DNA from: Dimorphilus gyrociliatus
Lineage: Eukaryota; Animalia; Annelida
Length of the DNA: 64,000 nucleotides
Direction of reading: 5' to 3'
NCBI GenBank assembly: GCA_904063045.1
Contig: CAJFCJ010000009.1
Coordinates: 724,942-788,941, forward strand
Shown one piece after another: positions 49,521 through 64,000 of the stretch. The notes under the pieces were generated by a model that saw only the letters and a program-made list of their open reading frames with translations, made no database searches and was not told the origin of the DNA. A program made the position numbers and the translations under genes. Positions within the stretch are counted from its first letter, which is position 1; each line of letters starts with the position of its first letter.

Positions 49521-49819
49521 AGCTTTAATCTATTTCATTACATTATTCATATCCATAGTTTTTAGGAGTTCGAAGTGCAAATTCTCAAGTACATACATCT
49601 TGCTGTTTGGAACGTACTTAGAAGTTGTAACTATTTATTTGAAGTACGCATGCGCAACTATTTTTTATTTATCTGCTTATCTACCACGTATTATTTCCGT
49701 TAAGTTTGAGAAGATAAAATGAAAGAAGTTAAATTAATTTAAGTAACTTTTGTGGTTTAAACTCAAAGTCTTATAAGTTTATTTTGTTCTTTTCAAAGGA
49801 AATTTACATTTCGAAGATA

Positions 49820-50253
49820 TTAGGTATATTTTGTACAAATTTCATTAGCTTTGGCGATGTATTCTTTCTCAGCATCTTCTTTGCTCTTTCCTTCGCAAGC
49901 CTTCCATGCATCCCATTTAACCTTTCCTGCAATAAATTAATGATAGTTCACTTAATACTTGATGTATAGTTAAAATTTCCTTCAATGTCTGCATTTGAGT
50001 TCAATAGTACACATAAAAAATAAATAAGAAATACCTTTCATGTCGAACATTCCTGGACGATCGATGTTAACATCTCCAGTTGTAGCTTGTTTATATAAAC
50101 CATAGATATTAGTTAATTCATCATCAGAAGGCTTTTTGGTTAAATTTCTAATTTTTTCGGCGGCTGTTGTGAATTCCTATAAGAAGAATACCGGCATTAA
50201 AATATGAGAAGCAGATTATGATATTACATGTAACTTACTGCTGAGTTTGACAT
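49820..50253 (-). CDS. DBI: Acyl-CoA-binding protein (3 exons)
   Basis: MSNSA|[47 protein letters not shown]|GKVKWDAW...[13 protein letters not shown]. Confidence 0.95.
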
Positions 50254-50964
50254 GATTATTACTGGTCTTTCTTAACAATTTATTTCTATAAAATTTTTAA
50301 TAGTAATAGATAGTCCGTGTGACGATTCCTCGCGTAGACGATAAAGTGTCTGCTGTCAAGTGCAAAAAGTAAATACAAGCATACCTAAAAGCCGAACAAC
50401 GAAATACTACAACCAGTTACTTGAAACTTTAATCGATTGTTCTAAAATTGGAACGTTTTTTTTCCTCAATATAATATTATACTTATATATATATATATTT
50501 ATTTATTTATTATAATATATAAATAGAAGATACAATATATCTTTATTGTGTTTATTCGGACAAATTCGATTGGTTAAAAAATATCAAATATTTCTATGAG
50601 TTAAGTTATTAAGTTAAATTAAAGAGAATTTTACAATTAGATTTGTAATGATAATTAATAATTGAGGCATCTGGAGTGATTGTAAACTATAAAAGATTTG
50701 GTATTTAGAGAGACCCGTTCAAACATTTTGCATTAGGCCTAAGTTTAGGTTTATGTTTCGGAACTTAAAGGAAGATCAATATGTAGAAAAATGAAAGCCT
50801 AGTAAATAGTCTTGTATTATTTTATACATTTAAAAAGAGAAATGTATTGATTTTTTCGAAAATTAAGTAGTAAGAATGATATAAGAAAATAATTGGGAAA
50901 AATGTAAAATATGATAAAATTAATGTTTGATAACCCCTTTATTAGAAGATGAATTCTCTTTTCT

Positions 50965-51549
50965 CTAGTACATCTCTTCAAATCTTTGAATCATAAATGA
51001 TTGTTCATCTTTCTTAAAGCCAAATAGTTCATAAAAAGGAATATTATGAATCTTACATTCAAGAGATATTTTATAAACGCCTAATTTTTTGGCAACCAAT
51101 ACAAGAGCTTGAACTAATAATTTTCCTAGTTGCTTGCCTCTGAATTCATTATCAACAACTACGTCTTCAATTCTTCCTCTTTGACCAGCTGTGTGTATAA
51201 ACTTATGTTCAATGATCAGACTGCTTGTTCCAATAATTCGATTATTTTTTAAATCCTCAATGACAATTATGTAATAGGTACCACAGCATTCCTTCATTTC
51301 TTCAAATCTCTTGAAAAATGTCTCCTCTTCAATTTTACCAACTTTAGTTAATTGGCCAAGTAACTCTAAATAATCTTGATGAAAGTCATCATCTCTCAAA
51401 GGTCTCATCACTAAAGAGTCTCCGGGATTGGCGATTGATATATTATTTTTAAAAGTACATGTAGCGTTCTCCCAATTAATATCTTTCAAGATCTTTGGGT
51501 CAAACAGATAGCTGTTGTCATCCGATGGTAAATCATTGAATTTCGTCAT
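50965..51549 (-). CDS. GNPNAT1: Glucosamine-6-phosphate N-acetyltransferase (intronless CDS)
   Basis: LVMRPL, YLELLGQLT, IEHKFIH..RGRIEDVVVDNEFRGKQLGKLL and YKISLEC. Confidence 0.95.
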   Translation of the reverse strand: MTKFNDLPSDDNSYLFDPKILKDINWENATCTFKNNISIANPGDSLVMRPLRDDDFHQDYLELLGQLTKVGKIEEETFFKRFEEMKECCGTYYIIVIEDLKNNRIIGTSSLIIEHKFIHTAGQRGRIEDVVVDNEFRGKQLGKLLVQALVLVAKKLGVYKISLECKIHNIPFYELFGFKKDEQSFMIQRFEEMY

Positions 51550-51623
51550 GTTCCGAACTTACGGTTACTGGTTTGGATACCAGATGTGGTATAAAAAATA
51601 ACACTACTTAAATCTATTCCATA

Positions 51624-51641
51624 CACGTGGCTGATCACGTG
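51624..51641. promoter_or_regulatory. Tandem CACGTG E-boxes (6-nt spacer) upstream of GNPNAT1
   Basis: CACGTG-gctgat-CACGTG. Confidence 0.55.
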
Positions 51642-52149
51642 CTTTAAGTATACTAAATGTGTTAATCTAGCATACGGACCACCGTTTGTTAAATGAGTAA
51701 TTATAAACTAGAATAAGGCTCGTTGAACACAACAATATTTTGAAAGTAAACCCCACTTAAAGATCTACATTAAAACTTTTATTACACTATTCGACAATGT
51801 CTAACTCCATTAAATCAATATATTTAATTCCATTTCCTCTTTACAAGTATCTAAATATCAGTTGCGCGTAGTGTTCATTGAGAATTCGCATAAAAAATTT
51901 CTAGGATAGTTTATAAATGTGTTAACTGTCTAAATAGATTTTCAATTTCGATTTGATTACTGTTTTTTAAAGATACTCGATTTGGCAGCTCATAAACAAA
52001 ACTATTTATTTAAATAGTTTTATTGTTCAGTTTTGAATTTTTGAAAAATAGTTTGGAATATTTTACATTTAATAAACTTATCAATTTATAGTGTATGACT
52101 GAGTTAATTCATACATAAAATTGTTAGTTATCACATTCCTAGACCGATG

Positions 52150-52644
52150 TCACATATTCTTTTTATCCTCTTTCTTCTTGTCTTTCAAACTGCCTGGTTT
52201 GTCTTTTCCTCGGGCTTTGGCAATATTTGCCTCTCTTTCCTTCTTCCTCTTCTTCTTCTTTTCCTGACTTTCAATATCCTTCGCTAATTTGTACGACAGG
52301 TAAGCGCTGATTCCGAATAAAGGTGATAGGGCGAGAAGAACGTAGTAGACGAAGAGGTAAGGATGTTGACCAGCGAAAATTATAGTTTCGCGCATATAGT
52401 ATTTCCAATCGAAATATTCTGATGCGTTGCTAAAAATTTAAGGTGTTTCTTAGAAAATTCAAACAAGACTTTTAAACGAAAAGATATGCAGTATCTTATT
52501 ATCGCTCACGTTCGACGGTGAGCATATTATATAAGCGTCTAATCAATTTCAATTTTACTATTTCTCAGTCTCTTTTGATTTAATAATCTAGAATAACGAA
52601 TTAAACATTTCCTAAAAGATCATATAGAAGGATATTTACCTCAT
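52150..52644 (-). CDS. SMIM15: Small integral membrane protein 15-like (2 exons)
   Basis: ATG-AG at 52644 splices in phase to give (S)NASEYFDWKYYMRETIIFAGQHPY...LLALSPLFGISAYLSYKLAKDIESQEKKKKRKKEREANIAKAR. Confidence 0.85.
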
Positions 52645-53458
52645 TTTTTCGCAAACCGGAAAGCTTTTACTAACAAAACAAATAATATTCCAACTAAAGA
52701 TGATGTGTCGAGATGCAGGTAGTGCCCTCTATATCTTACTCATAACTCTTGAACTTCTTTCATGCCGATCACATTTATATTACAGTAATTAAGAATATAG
52801 CCCAAGTATTGGTAATTTTCGTTAAGAACTTAAGGTTAAAGCAATTTTTGCATTATACAAATATAGAAATTTTTTAAAAAATTAGTTCACCGAACTGCCG
52901 CCCCTTATGGATATCGAGATTTACTTTGAAATATATTTCTGCTGAGCGATAGTTTATAATCTTTCGCGTTTTTGGATTTACACGGACTTGGGTCCTGCTA
53001 GTTTAAATCTTTTAAAGGACTCAAGCTATTATAACATCATATATATTCTTATCTTAAAACTATACAGGTTTGAATTTGTTAATTCAAATAATTATAAGAC
53101 TGTCTCTTAATTTTCAAGTACAAAACCAAACAGAAACCAAAAGTATTTTCGGCTATAACAACCGAATCTAACCAATAGAATTACTTGCTTCGTATATGAG
53201 GCTTGAAAATTGTTCATCTTAAGATAACGTTGCTTGTACCTTTAATTAAGGTGATGAAATGACAAACATGGGACGAAATTACTTCACGGTTGTTTGGGAC
53301 ACGTTTTCACTAGTGGATTGTTATTTTGCATAAGAAATTTCAATTATAACATTTACTATTTAATTGTAAGTTGAGTAATAGCTTTGAATACAGTACAATG
53401 TTTAATTTGAGTGGTTTCTAAAATAATGTGACAGATTTTTTAGTGGCATTTTTTCACC

Positions 53459-64000
<10,542 letters not shown>

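Noticed and set aside
229-52644. Human orthologues of MCCC2, SMIM15 and ARRDC3 all lie on 5q, and AGPAT3 and MCM3AP on 21q22
   Set aside because: The other genes' orthologues are scattered over many human chromosomes and paralogue assignment is uncertain, so this cannot be told from chance without a synteny analysis.

Overview
This is AT-rich, very gene-dense animal genomic DNA with about 23 protein-coding genes in 64 kb and mostly 50-80 nt GT-AG introns. I found no rRNA, tRNA, CRISPR array or recognisable transposon. WntA plus PCM1 in so compact a genome suggests a miniaturised lophotrochozoan, such as the annelid Dimorphilus (inference only). Gene order: MCCC2(-), PPAN(-), RFC5(-)/FAM8A1(+) head-to-head, an orphan type-I membrane serine-protease homologue(-), WntA(-) with GSTK1(+) nested in its last intron, an intronless ER (KDEL) 2OG-Fe(II) dioxygenase(+), a GT31 galactosyltransferase(-), AGPAT3/4(-), YARS1(+), PCM1(+), BicC(+), a plant-type peroxisomal enoyl-CoA isomerase(+), PPT2(-), GANP/MCM3AP(-), POLR2G(+), PPIB(-), ARRDC(+), a probable decayed TRIM-like pseudogene(-), ACBP/DBI(-), GNPNAT1(-), SMIM15(-) and SMG1(+, runs off the window). 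The best candidates for novelty are the KDEL-bearing dioxygenase next to a GT31 gene, the receptor-like pseudo-protease, the GSTK1-in-WntA nesting, and the convergent CTCF-like motifs at the WntA promoter. Gene models were spliced by eye and family calls come from remembered motifs; no database searches were run.
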